A stretch of DNA of 58,433 nt, the filler included, from Basidioascus undulatus (lineage: Eukaryota), in assembly GCA_000826855.1 (NCBI GenBank). It is 3 parts of 3 records of this genome, joined end to end, with 100 filler letters (N's around TTAATTAATTAA, not from the genome) between each part and the next. Parts side by side here need not be neighbours in the genome. Positions count along the whole stretch, not along the records: positions 1 to 19,446 come from JTLS01000421.1; 2 more parts are not named here. One strand, 5' to 3'. Every line of letters starts with the position of its first letter. Positions within the stretch are counted from its first letter, which is position 1. A program made the position numbers and the translations under genes. Positions 1 through 11,937 of the stretch are shown here, in pieces. Under the pieces are notes generated by a model, which was not told the origin of the DNA, ran no database searches, and worked only from the letters and a program-made list of their open reading frames with translations.

Positions 1-1888
1 TCCCCCAGCCCCCAGTCCGGCGCTGGACCGTTGTGGCTGCTCCGGTCCGGAGAGGACTCAACGATCCTGTCACGAACGGTCGTCGTCGTGCAAGTTCAAC
101 ATTGTCCAGGCTTGAAAGTTCATCTTATTATGGTAGTCTGTGCGCAACCGTTGACTGGCTCTGTTGAGTTTGCGAGAAACGGACCTATGAACATACTGTG
201 GGTGCGTTTCAACTCCCATACAGGGCGAACTGCCGTGCTCCGTGCATCTTGCCTAGCGGCCACTGCATCAACTTCCCCCCATCCCAGAACCCCGCATACC
301 CTCTCCAAAGATCCGACTCGAGACTGAGCTTCGAGTTCGGGTTGTCCGGGGCGCCTGCGCAAGGTCATCCCTCTGCGGGCCCAAGCAGGGCGACTCGGAG
401 GTCGAGATCGGTGCGTCCTTTCATGATTTCATTTACTTTGCTTTCCTGCTTCTTCAGCTTTGTTCTGACATTAATTTTTAACGACAAGCATCTTCGACTC
501 TGTCAATGTTGATCTACTCTTCAGAAAGGACCGCAGCACGTTGCTGTGGTGTTGTGCTTGTATGCTGCTGTGGAAAGGCACATTCTGTCTTGTTGTCTCT
601 CTCGGTTTCTTGCTGCATGGGGAGGTCAGAGGTCAGTATAAAGGCCATCAGTCGCTGTCCTCTGATTAACACCGACTGCCCTGGATACACATGGCCGAAG
701 AATCGCACGGAGATCGCAAGGTACTCTAGCACAACCAGGGAAGGATCTTACCTCATCATAATGCGCACTGATATCCCACACCGAGTACAGTCCCGTGCCA
801 ATTCAGCCTGTCCGGCCGTACAATCGCGAGCCAATATGACGTTTTTCCCTGATGGCGAAATCGAGTGACACATTCATATCTCCAATCTACGAGATATGAA
901 GGTGGCAAGCAGCGCGATCGCACGACTCGCACTTGGCCAGAAATGCCTCGACCACCGCCCGCTGCATGTCCAACAACGTCCCGTCGACCAGTCTGCCTCT
1001 CATCCACTCTCTAGTTGTTTGCTGGCACACCTTCTCCGTAAATAAGGCAGAAAGATCGACTCCTTTCTTGTCAGCGCTTCCTGGAGTGCATCCACCTCGT
1101 TCGGGACAAACCGATGGAAGATCAGCAAGACCTTCTGCAGCACCGCCAGGTCTTCGACTTTGAATCCATGACATCGGGTGTCGCGACAACCAGGTTCACG
1201 AGGGGTCGGAGCTTTTGAGATTGCTGTCGTCCTCAGGCACCAAACACGTCAACAAGACAGATGTTGCGAAGGAGGGTTGCCGACGCGCGGCCCGAGAGCT
1301 TTGATGCAAACCGAGGCCGGCGGGTCAAATTGGCCGTGGTACATGGTCGTAAAGTGTGCCAGACGAAGCCTTCCCATCGCTTTAATTAGAGTTCCCGCGT
1401 CCGGTCCTTTACGAAACGCAAAGAGCCCAGATATACGAAAGGTTCGATGTCAACGATGACGCGGCGCAAAGACGGCTCCGCCGGGTTCAAGAAATCCGCA
1501 ATGGCGTTCACTGCGGCATCGTTCACGTTGGCATCCATGGTCGCTCTTCTCGTCTTACGGTTCCACAGATTGATAGAACGCACGTGAAGCGAGTGTCCCT
1601 CAAAAGGGCAGCACACATCGGCCTTTTCCTCTTCCCCTTGAAGGGCTCACCTTTCCCCCTTTCCTCACTTTCTTTCGCACACCAGAGCACTGTTCCACCT
1701 TTACCTTCGATGTATCGAAAACAATGACCTTGACTTACTTTCCCCAGGTCCCCCGGCGCTGCGAGCGTTCCTCAAGTCGTCCGGCCGTCGCCCCCCTGAG
1801 CGGCAGACCAGCGCAGTCACAAACGGTGAGATCTGAATTATCCTCCACAATTACAACTGGCTTTGCATTAGACCACCACCCGCGACTG

Positions 1889-4299
1889 CTATATACCTAC
1901 AGAGCCATCGCCATCCCCTCGCATCCCGTCTCGCAAGCCCTGCACAAGAACCGCAACAGCCCAAGCGCCGGGATCAGGTACCTTCTCCCTGTCTTCCACC
2001 TCCCCTTCATGCCCGACATACGTTGCCCTCCCCAGCTTCGGCCTCATCCCCCTGGTCGCCTCCGCGCCAACCCACGCAGCCTCGACGGCCGGGTCCAGGC
2101 CCTTCCCATCCTCAAGGGCGCTACAGAACGGCACTAGCGCGTCGATGAGCGTGCGGTCGCCCGGACGTGCGGGAGTGTACTGCGACAGCGCTGAGAGAGC
2201 GTCCGAGGCGGCTCGAGACCAGTCCGCAGCTGACTGAGGGTGTGTGTAGGTGCGAAGAGAAGTTGAAAGCGATGAGAGGAAGAGCGCGTAGAGTGCGCCC
2301 GACGTGCCGCCCATGGCGGACTCGACGATGTGCGAGATGCGCGAGACTGTGGGAGCTGCCCGCGAGAAGGGGATGGTGGACCAGGCGGATTGAATGGCTG
2401 AGTCGAGCCCTGAATTTCAGTCGCAAAGCTAGGACACCCTGGGGGAAAAGGGGGCGTAGACGACGATTTGCTACGCACCTTTCGCACCCGCTGCCAAAGT
2501 CTCCCCGCAGTCGCCGTCCCCGTAAACGGTGTCCATGCTTGTCAGCTCCGGCCCAGCCTCGAGAACGGCTTCGCAGGCCGACCGAAGCGCCCGCTGAACT
2601 ATGTCTGCATCCATACTCTTCGATCTCATTCCCTCCCCAGCATCCGAATCCACCTCCGCCATTCCTCTCGTGCGCTCCTCAGCGGCCGTCTGCTCTTCTT
2701 CCCTTGCCCTCGGCGGGCGAGTCCAGCCCCCGCTGACGCCAGTCCATCCCAGGGCGTCTGTTGGGGCGTCCACGAGGCGCAGAATATCCTCCACCGCGGA
2801 CTGCGCGACGGGCGTGCTCGTCCCCGCAGAGGCTGCCGCCGTGGGCGACTGCGAGGGCGTGATGGGGGAGGGAGTATGCGAGGTGGAAAAGCTGACGGCC
2901 GCGGCGGAGACGTTGAGGAGAGTGATGGAGAAGCCCGGGGCGTTGAGGGACGTCATGTAAGTGCCAGAGAAGACGCGCGAGGGAAAGATGTGGTGTTCGT
3001 GCTCTATAGGTTCTCAAACAGAGGACTGGTAAAATTGAGACAGTAAAATGAGGGTAACGGTTCTGCAACCCACCGAGCTGCGAGAGAGTCTCGCTAACGA
3101 TCGCGCTCAGCTCAAGAACGCTCAAACCGCCGAGCTGTTGAAAGAAGAGCCTGTTCAGCGTCCTTTGGCCAAATTACAACATGAATGAAGACACACGCAC
3201 GTTGTTGATCATCAGAAGCGGACCGGTCTCCTCTTCGCCTCTCTCGAACCGCACGAATGCGCGGTCTTTGTCCCCCTCATCCAGCAGATACCGCAACATC
3301 TCCCTCACGAGCTCCCGCGCCCCTCCAAGCTCCTCCTTCACCCTCCAGACCTTTCTCACCCCCGGCTCATTATGCAACCCCATCCCAATCTCGCACTCGC
3401 TGTCCCCCAGCGCGCCTCGCGCGTCCGCGCTCTTGTCCCGCCCCGGAACATGGCAATGGTCGAGCGAAGCAGCGATGGTCGCGAGGTTGGAGGTGACAGC
3501 GCGCCCGAGAGCAGAAAGCAAAGGTAGGGGCATCTCTCGTGCTGATGCTGCGCCTAGGATCTTGCAGACCAGCGGGTTGCCCGCCAGCCCCCGACGCCCG
3601 ACGAGTCCCCCCCGCAAACGCCCGACTGAGACGTCGTCGCCGACGATGACGGTCTCGACTTGGATGTCCCGAGCTCGTGCGCGCTCAGCCGCCAGGCCGA
3701 AATTAAGCTTGTCGCCTGTGTACCTGTAAGGAAGAAGGCTGTTCGGTAAACGCTGGTCGTGACGGATCCGACTGACGCACTGGTTGACGATGAAGAGGAC
3801 GCCCTTGTCGGAGGGGACGAGGGACACCGCCGAGAGAATCTGGGAAGCCGAAGGACTGGCGAATATATCGCCTGATACTGCAAATGCCACACCAAACCTT
3901 CCGATTGGGTCTGGAATGGATCAGCAGAAGACGACTCACCGGCCGCCGTGAGCATCCCCTTCCCCACGTAGAGTGCATGCGCAGGCTCATGGCCGGCTCC
4001 ACCACCTCTATTGTGGTGTGGTCTCAATGTAAGCACATCATGAAAAGTGAAGCGCTCTCTGGAGAGCTCACGAGATGATGGAGACTTGATCTTTTGGCGG
4101 CGAGTCGAGATACACGACCTTGTGCGGCGCATGCCTGTTCCTCTCAACCATACACATGTCAGATTGCTTCTTATGATACCGAGCAAAAATCAATTTTGAA
4201 AGTTACATACAAACGAACGGCAGGGTTGACTGCCACGGCGCCGCGGAGGCCGGCGAAAACGAGGCCGTCGGTGGATTCGAAGACGTGTTTGGTTGACAT
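1889..4299 (-). CDS. DAK1: Dihydroxyacetone kinase (Dak1+Dak2 domains), multi-exon
   Basis: Spliced translation MSTKHVFESTDGLV...GGAGHEPAH...VSGDIFASPS...YTGDKLNFGLA...VGRRGLAG...EIGMGLHNEPG...GDGDCGETL...MGGTSGALY...GDRTLIDAL...GRATYV...PDPGA. GT-AG introns. Confidence 0.95.
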
Positions 4300-5732
4300 T
4301 GAGAAGATGCGGAGATACGCGGTTCTCGAAACCGTTCGAAGAGAGTCGGTGCAGGTCTTTCGAGTGAACTTGATGATCCAAGGCCTCGAGCAGGACGCGT
4401 CGCAGCTCCGATCGACTCAACGACAGGGAAGGCTCGGGATCAGGAGATTTGAACCGTGAGCGCGGATGAGTCCCTCGGACTCCTAGAGAGCAAATCGGCG
4501 GGTTCGAGGATAAGGACAAAGCCTAAAGGTGAGTCTATGGCCTTCTGATCGAAAAGAGTGTTGGTCACATTTGTTTGGATGCGTGCGAGCGCAATGGAGG
4601 AGGTCATAAGGCAAGAGTAAAAGGGCCACGCGACGGAAGGCTCTGTTCGGCGATTCGGTCGGGCGTCGAGCTCGCTTTGCATTGCACCCCATTTTCACCG
4701 CGGCTGCATTAAGGCCGGAGAGAATCACCAAATAATGAGCTTGTATTGGCCTGCACTTTAGACATAAATACAAGTTCCGGCGGGTTACCCTTCAAGGGTG
4801 TCTGACAGAGCTGATATTCGATGCAACCAGTTCTGAAAATCAATTCATTTGTGCCTTCTGGACACCAAATCACCTTTACGCTCAGGGGGTTCAGGGTGAT
4901 AACATGCAACTCCAGCTTTCGCTTTCCCGGCACCAACAATGCCAAAACCCTGCAGCGGAAGTTGAGGGTTGTCCATACCGCTAATGCATCGACACGGACG
5001 CATACAATCTTTGCACAGTGTCCATATATGATAACACATCTCACGTCTCCCACTTCTCCATGAACCACTGAGGGCTGGAGGAGAGGCAGGAAGTTTTTGA
5101 AGCTCCTCTTGATGCGTAAAGCAGTCCCGCACCAGCGCCAACAGAGTTCATGAAGCGGCGACCGATTGAAGTGAAAAGCGTGGGGATAGCGTCGGGTAGG
5201 CACAAAGCTCAGAGCTCGCAGCGACTCGTAAACCCTTTGATTTTCTTTACCTCAAGCATCCTCTGACAATATGGGGTTGCGATGTACACTGAAAGTCGGT
5301 CACAGCTCTCGTGAACGCGATGTTGTGGCAGTACTCATATGCTTGCAGCCATTATCTCTGAACGTAATTTCTCTTTTTATAGCACTGTTTTTTTCTTGCG
5401 CTGCCGCCTCCGCAGGAGAATGATAAGCGAGCAGCACCGCACGCCGAACGCGTAACTGTCCCTTACGTGGGAACTCTGATCCGCACAACCCTCAGTCACC
5501 GCTGTTCGCACACGAGCAGTGTTCCTTGGCGGCCTTTCATGAAAATCCTAGCAGTGCTTCCATGTAGATGAAACCTAAGAATCAGTCTGACCGCATGAAG
5601 TTAATCCAAGAATCAGTCGGTGCTGACGAAGTGGCTCCTCCGTGAGCGAGCACATAAAGTCGCGTTCTTCTCCGACAGCCCTTCCCATTTCTACTCAAAC
5701 CACCTCTTCGCAAATATCATCATCTTCCCAAC

Positions 5733-7184
5733 ATGTCCAAGACTTCTACCGTCGTCCTCATCTCGGGCATCAACGGTTTCATCGCGACCGAGATCGCGCA
5801 CACCTTCCTCCGGGCGGGATACACCGTCCGCGGCACAGTCCGCACGCAGGGCAACGCGGACGCTTGGCAGGCGCTCTTTCCCCAGTACGCGAGCCAGCTC
5901 CAGTTCGCTCCCGTGCCCGACTTCACCAAGGCCGGCCGTTCGACGAGGCGGTCAAGGGTGTCGATTACTTTCTCCACGCTGCGTCGCCGCTCGGCAGTTC
6001 CGAGGGAAGCAAGGTGGGCCGGAATTGCTTCAAATATACGGTTAAATTTAGAGGTTGAGTTGATTTGTGGATTTGATAGGAGAACGAGAAGGATGTCCTC
6101 ATCCCTGCCATTAATGGGACGCTCGCGGCCGTCCGGGCTGCGGCCAAGGAGCCTGGCGTCAAGAAGCTCGTGGTCCTTTCCTGAGTCTCCGCAGTTCAGA
6201 TGTGTCTCGGTTCGAAACTCAAATCCGTTCCGTACTTCAGCTCTCTTTCCGCCACAGCGAGGCAGGCGTAGTTTACGGCGAGAGCGGATGGAACACGCTG
6301 TCGTACGAGTGGGCCAAGACGGCTCCGCCGATGGCAGCCTATGGTGCGTTTTAGGAAGCTAAGTAATCAGTATAAGGCATTCGTGATGAATTTATCTGAA
6401 CAGGAGTGTCTAAGGCGCTCTCCGAGAAGAAGGCGGCCTGGGACTTGGTCGAAAAGAAGAAACCCAACATCGCGCTGGTCGCTATCAACCCGAGTGCGTT
6501 CTTTCTTTCTGCTGTTCAGTGCGGAGGTTGTGACTGATAAATGAGCCCTGCTCGACAGCTTGCGTCTACGGCCCCACCCGTATTCCGCTCGACTACAAGG
6601 GCACGAACGGCTGTGCGTTCCCATGATGCTGGGAACCTTCGAAAGGCAGGCTGACGGTCTCTCTCTCGTATGCAGTCATCGCAAAGATCCTTCTCGACCC
6701 CAGCTGCGAACTCACGACTGTCTTGGGTGGTCCAGTAGATTCCCACTCGAACCAAGCCTGGCACTGTATTTTATACCGCAGTCGTCCTCTTCCAGAACTT
6801 CGTGGACGTCCGCGACATCGCCGCCGCGCACCTCCTCGCGGTGAAGAACGACGCTGAAAATGGACGGCGCTTCATAGTCGTGCGTATGTTACACCCTTAC
6901 AACTTTCTTCCCTCGAGCGATTCGAGAAATATTGACTCACGCCAATTCGCTCCTTGTAGACCGCCCCCACGCTCTTCCCGACCGACTACGTGCGCATCTT
7001 CGCCGCCGAGCTTCCGGAGCTCGCCGATAAGCTCCGCAAGGCGCCCGAGGGATTCAAGAACCCGGAGACGTACACGCTCGACAACACCGCGAGCAAGGAG
7101 GTGCTGGCCGTGAAGTACCACACGTCGGAGCAGACGCTGCGCGACACGGCCGCGTGGATTCTTCTCGTTGCGGGGCAGGCGTGA
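5733..7184 (+). pseudogene. GRE2/aldehyde reductase II-like NAD(P)-dependent extended SDR with inactivating lesions (or sequence errors)
   Basis: VLISGINGFIA Rossmann motif, VRGTVR, LHAASP, AYGVSK, FVDVRDIAAAH. The frame changes at ~5937 with no intron, and the expected donor at 6181 reads CTGAGT. Confidence 0.8.
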
Positions 7185-7315
7185 GGGAAGGTACTGCTTG
7201 AGCTGGGAAAGCGAGCTTGTTCGAATTTCTTGAGACTGTATGATGAACCGAATGTCTCGTCGAAGTGAAAGGTTCGACAAGCTCCAGCGTGGCATCCTAC
7301 GCAAGCATGGCAGTG

Positions 7316-8007
7316 TTAGTACGATGCATCAGCGTTCGCTCCAGGCGGTCCGCCTCTACCAGCCCACCATCCGCGGCTGTGAATCAACCCATCACCTTGA
7401 ATCAGCCTGGAATCCTCACCAAGCAGGTCATCCAGAAAATGACGCACCCGTAGCTCACGCATATCTCCTCCCCCTTCGCGATCCCGCCCTTCAACGCAAG
7501 CATGACCATCCTGAGCTCGCCCTCTCCCTTCCCCTCCTCCACCACCTTCCCGTCCCTCCCAAACCGCCTCACCCCAAACTCCGCATTCGGCCGCTCCCTA
7601 ATTCCCCTATAATCATTAACGAACCGCCCCTCGTTCCCCATCCGCGCTGCATCTACGCCCACATTCACCTCCCCTCCGTCACGGAAGAGTGTCAGGTCGT
7701 AATCCGACTCCGGGCGCTCGTCGCCGTGCACCTCGCCAAGGTACACGCACACCACCTCCCCCGGGGCGATGCGCGCGCGCGCGAAGAGGCCGGACTGCCC
7801 GCGAGCGGGGTGCGAGGGGTGCGAGGAAGGGATCGGCTGGATCCGGACGAGCTGGGAGGGGCGGACGGGCGGCGTTTGGTAGGGCGGAAGAGGGCGCAGC
7901 TTGGAGAGTACCGAGGGGGGGACGGAGGAGTGGTACGAGGGTCGGGCGAGGTAGGTCAGGTGCGGAGGCCAGTGGGGCGGCGGGGTAGCCTGGTGCGCGG
8001 GCGCCAT
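7316..8007 (-). CDS. Small stand-alone SET-domain protein (putative lysine methyltransferase), 2 exons
   Basis: GQSGLFARARI, YLGEVH, VDAARMGNEGRFVNDYRG, GEEICVSYG, then an intron and RGWWAGRGG...SY*. Confidence 0.85.
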
Positions 8008-8519
8008 GACTGCGAGGTAGGCCGCGGACGAGCGAAGACGATCAGTCCCGCTGCGAAGGAGTGCGACGAGCTCTGAACGAGACACCTTTTCCCGGTGCTC
8101 GAAAGGAAATCCTCGAGCGAACGAATGAAGATTCGAAGAAGACGAGGGGATCGAAGAGCGACAGGCGGGATTCCCAAAGCCAGAGCAGGTCAGTAGCGGA
8201 GGCTTGATGAAGGTAGCTGGTCAACCCACTCCACGACTTCTAACTTTAACGCTCGCTCGCCCAAGGCTCGCCCACCTCGTTCCCTCCCGCAAGCCTTGTA
8301 CAGCACACGCTCTCACTCTTGCATCGAAACTTCAGCTTTGTCTCATTTTCATCTGCTCAAAGCGATACACATTGCCGTTTGCGCCGTGCCAAACACAAAA
8401 AGGGGAAGCGAGAGGAAAGGGAAACGGGGTCGTAATAGAAATTACAAAGGATGCCATGCGGGAGGGAATCAAGAGCGAAGTGGAAAGGAGGGGAAGAGCA
8501 AGCAGGAGGAAGGGACCGC

Positions 8520-11500
8520 TTAGTTGCCCTTGGCCTTGGCGGCCATGAGGTTCAGAGCGCTCCCCGCCTTGAACCACTCGATCTGACCGGCGTTGAAGGT
8601 GTCTGAAGAAAACCGCAAGATCCGTCAGTGCCTCTCCGAATGAATCGGGAACGTCGGAAAAGAGGAAGGCCGGGAGGGAAGGAGGGTTGCGGGAGGAGGG
8701 AAGACGCACGGGTCAGGGGAACCTCGTCGACGGATCCGTCCTTGTGCTTGGCGACGAGGGTGACGATTGAGCCCTCGGCGAGGTCGGTGACGCCCTTGAG
8801 CGTGACGCGGTCGTCAGGCTTGATCTTGTCGTAGTCCGCCTCGTTCTTGAAGTTGAGCGGGAGGAGACTGCAAAGACGCGCAAAGTGTCAACCTCCCAGC
8901 CACGCAAAATAAGTAGGAAGGAAAGGAAGCTCAAACGCACCCCTGCTTCTTCAGGTTCGTCTCGTGGATACGAGCGAACGAGCGGGTGATGACGGCGGTA
9001 CCGCCGAGGTAGCGGGGCTCGAGCGCAGCGTGCTCGCGGGAGGAGCCCTCGCCGTAGTTGCTGTTTTCCCCCACCGTACACATCAGCCTTTGCTTCCCAA
9101 CTATCTATAGAAGGGCGAGAAGGAAAGAGAAACGCACTGGTCACCGACGACGACCCACTTGATGCCCCGGTCCTTGTAGTACTGGGCAACGTCGGGGACG
9201 GCGCCCCACTCGCCAGTCTCCTGGTTCTGGATCTCGTTCGCCTTGCCGTTCGCGTCGTTGATGGCGCCGATCAGGCAGTTTTCTGTTCGCAACCCGCCTT
9301 ATGAGCCCCTATTCTACAGCAGTCGAAGAGGAGGAAGAAGAAAGGGGAGGGAGGGGAAGGACGACGAAGACGCACGAGAGATGTTGTGGAGGTGACCACG
9401 GAACTTGAGCCAGGGGCCGCCCGCAGAGATGTGGTCGGTGGTACACTTGCCGCGGGCCTTGATGAGGACGGGCATGTTCTCCGGGTCCTTCCCGTCCCAC
9501 TTCTCGAACGGCGCGAGGAGCTGGAGGCGGTCGCTCTTGGGGTCAACGGCGACCTGGACGGACGCGGAGTCCCTGGGCGGCGCCTGGTACGTGTTCTCGC
9601 CGGCGTCGTAGCCATTGGGCGGGAGCTCGTTGCCGTTCGGCTCGGAGAACTTGAACTCCTTCCCGTCCGTGGACTTCAGCGAGTCCGTCATCGGGTTGAA
9701 GGTCAGGTCGCCAGCGAAGGCCATCGCGGTAACGATGTCGGGGGAGGCGACGAAGGCCTGCGGGAGGCGGATGAGTCAGCACCGCGTCTCACCGAGCTAT
9801 GTTGAGAAGGTCAGAAGCGTACGTGGGTCTGCGGGTTGGCGTCGTTACGGCCGGTGAAGTTGCGGTTGTAGGAGGTGATGACTGTGGGGCGCAGCCGTCG
9901 TCAGTTCCGCGCTACTTGAGCAGGCAGTTGAAAAGGCGAGCAACGCACTGGAGTTAACATCGCCCTTCTTGATGTCCTGGCGGTCCCACTGGCCAATGCA
10001 CGGGCCGCACGCGTTCGCAAGCACAACGCCGCCGACCTTCTCGAACGAGTCGATGATGCCATCGCGGGCGATGGTGGCGCGGACCTGCTCCGAGCCGGGG
10101 GTGATGGTGAAGCGGGACGCGGTCGAGAGGCCGTGGGAGGCCGCCTCGTTGGCGATCGACGCCGAGCGCGTCATGTCCTCGTACGACGAGTTGGTGCACG
10201 AGCCGATGAGCGCGACCTTGAGCTCCTGCGGCCAGTTGTTCTTCTTCACCTCCTCGGCGAACTTAGAGAGCGGGGTGGCGAGGTCGGGCGTGAAGGGGCC
10301 GTTGATGTGCGGCTCGAGCTCAGAGAGGTTCTGCGATTCAAATTACCAGACAATCAGCGCCCGCTGCGAAGGAAAGCAAGATGGGCACTGAGGGAAGCCG
10401 ACGCACGATAGTGATGACCTGGTCGTACTCAGCCTCCTTGTCGGCGACGAGGTTGTGCGAGAACTCCTTGGCGTACGCGGCCTGCTCGGAGCGGCCGGTG
10501 GCGGAGAGGTAGTCGGCCATGCGGTGGTTGAAGGGGAAGAGCGAGGTCGTCGCGCCAATCTCGGCACCCATGTTGCAGATGGTGGCCATGCCGGTCGCGG
10601 AGAGCGAGTCGACACCGGAGCCGAAGCTGCGGGGCAGCACAAATGCAGTCAGTCAACTGTCCCGCTGCTGCAAGCGGCGATGGAACCAAGACGTACTACT
10701 CGACGATCGCACCAGTACCGCCCTTGACGGTGAGGATGCCCGCAACCTTCAGGATGACGTCTACACCGCGAAGGAGACGGATCAGCATAAGAACGAAAGA
10801 GCACACACAAACACGAGGAAATGAAACGCACCCTTAGGAGAAGTCCAGCCGGAGAGCTTGCCCTCGAGCTTGACACCGATGACCTTGGGGCACTTGAGCT
10901 CCCACGGGATGTCGGCCATGACGTCGACCGCGTCCGCACCGCCGACACCGCACGCAACCATGCCGAGACCGCCGGCGTTGGGGGTGTGCGAGTCGGTACC
11001 GATCATCATGAGACCGGGGAGGGCGTAGTTCTCGAGGACGATCTGGTGGATAACTGTTCCACACAGACACAAATCTCTCATTTCAACACCCACCCAGAGG
11101 AAATGGAGAGAAAGAAGGGAAAAGGGAAGACGCACTGCCGGAACCGGGCTTCCAGAAGCCGATGCCGTACTTGGCGGTCGCGGTCGCGAGGAAGTCGTAG
11201 ACCTCCTTGTTCTGCTCGTTCGCGCGGGCGAGGTCCTTGACGCCGCCAACCTGGGCCTCGATCAGATGGTCGCAGTGGACGGTGGTGGGGACGGCAGTCT
11301 GGGGCAGGCCGGCGGACATGAACTGGAGGAGCGCCATCTGCGCGGTCGCATCCTGGCAGGCAACACGCTGTAGAAGGAGCGACGTCAGCGGCTTGCGCGA
11401 GGAAGGTGGGAAGAAGGGAGGAGGGAGAGGACGCACGTCGGGACGGAGCTTGAGGTAGGTCTTGCCACGCTCAATGTCCTGCTCGTGCGGGTTGTCGAGG

Positions 11501-11937
11501 TGACCGTAGACGATCTTCTCGGAGAGGGTCAGGGGGCGGTTCAGGCTGTGAAGTGGAGCAAAGATAAGCGTGGGACCGGGGCGGGGGAAGGAGTGATGCA
11601 CAGGCAGCCAGAGCCAACTACGTCTTTTCTAACACCCAAAGTATTCTCCAAGACCATCTGTCCGCGCACCACCCGAAAGAGAAGACTGGACCTACCGAGC
11701 ACGGACGACCTCGAGGTTGTCCTCGATGCGCTGTGGGTGGCACAAAGCGCATCAGAACGCTGCTCTCCTTGCTTCCAGAGCACAGAGAACACACACCTGG
11801 TAGTTGATGGTCTTGGAGGGGTCCTCGAGGAGAGACATCCGGACCTTCTTGTCGCCGATGCGGCCCGAACCAGACTGGACGGTGGCCATGCCGCGGGAGG
11901 CGCGGGCGGCCTTGGAGATGACGTTGCGGGGCAGCAT
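8520..11937 (-). CDS. ACO1: Mitochondrial aconitate hydratase, multi-exon
   Basis: Presequence [18 protein letters not shown]. Motifs [76 protein letters not shown]. Confidence 0.98.

Noticed and set aside
1845..1900. Cryptic peroxisomal (PTS1) extension of DAK
   Set aside because: Readthrough gives QSRVVV*. An SQL* ending exists only in another frame, with no supported splice to reach it.
4709..5203. 164-aa minus-strand ORF between DAK and the reductase
   Set aside because: Non-ATG start, no recognisable motif and no genome-typical codon bias.
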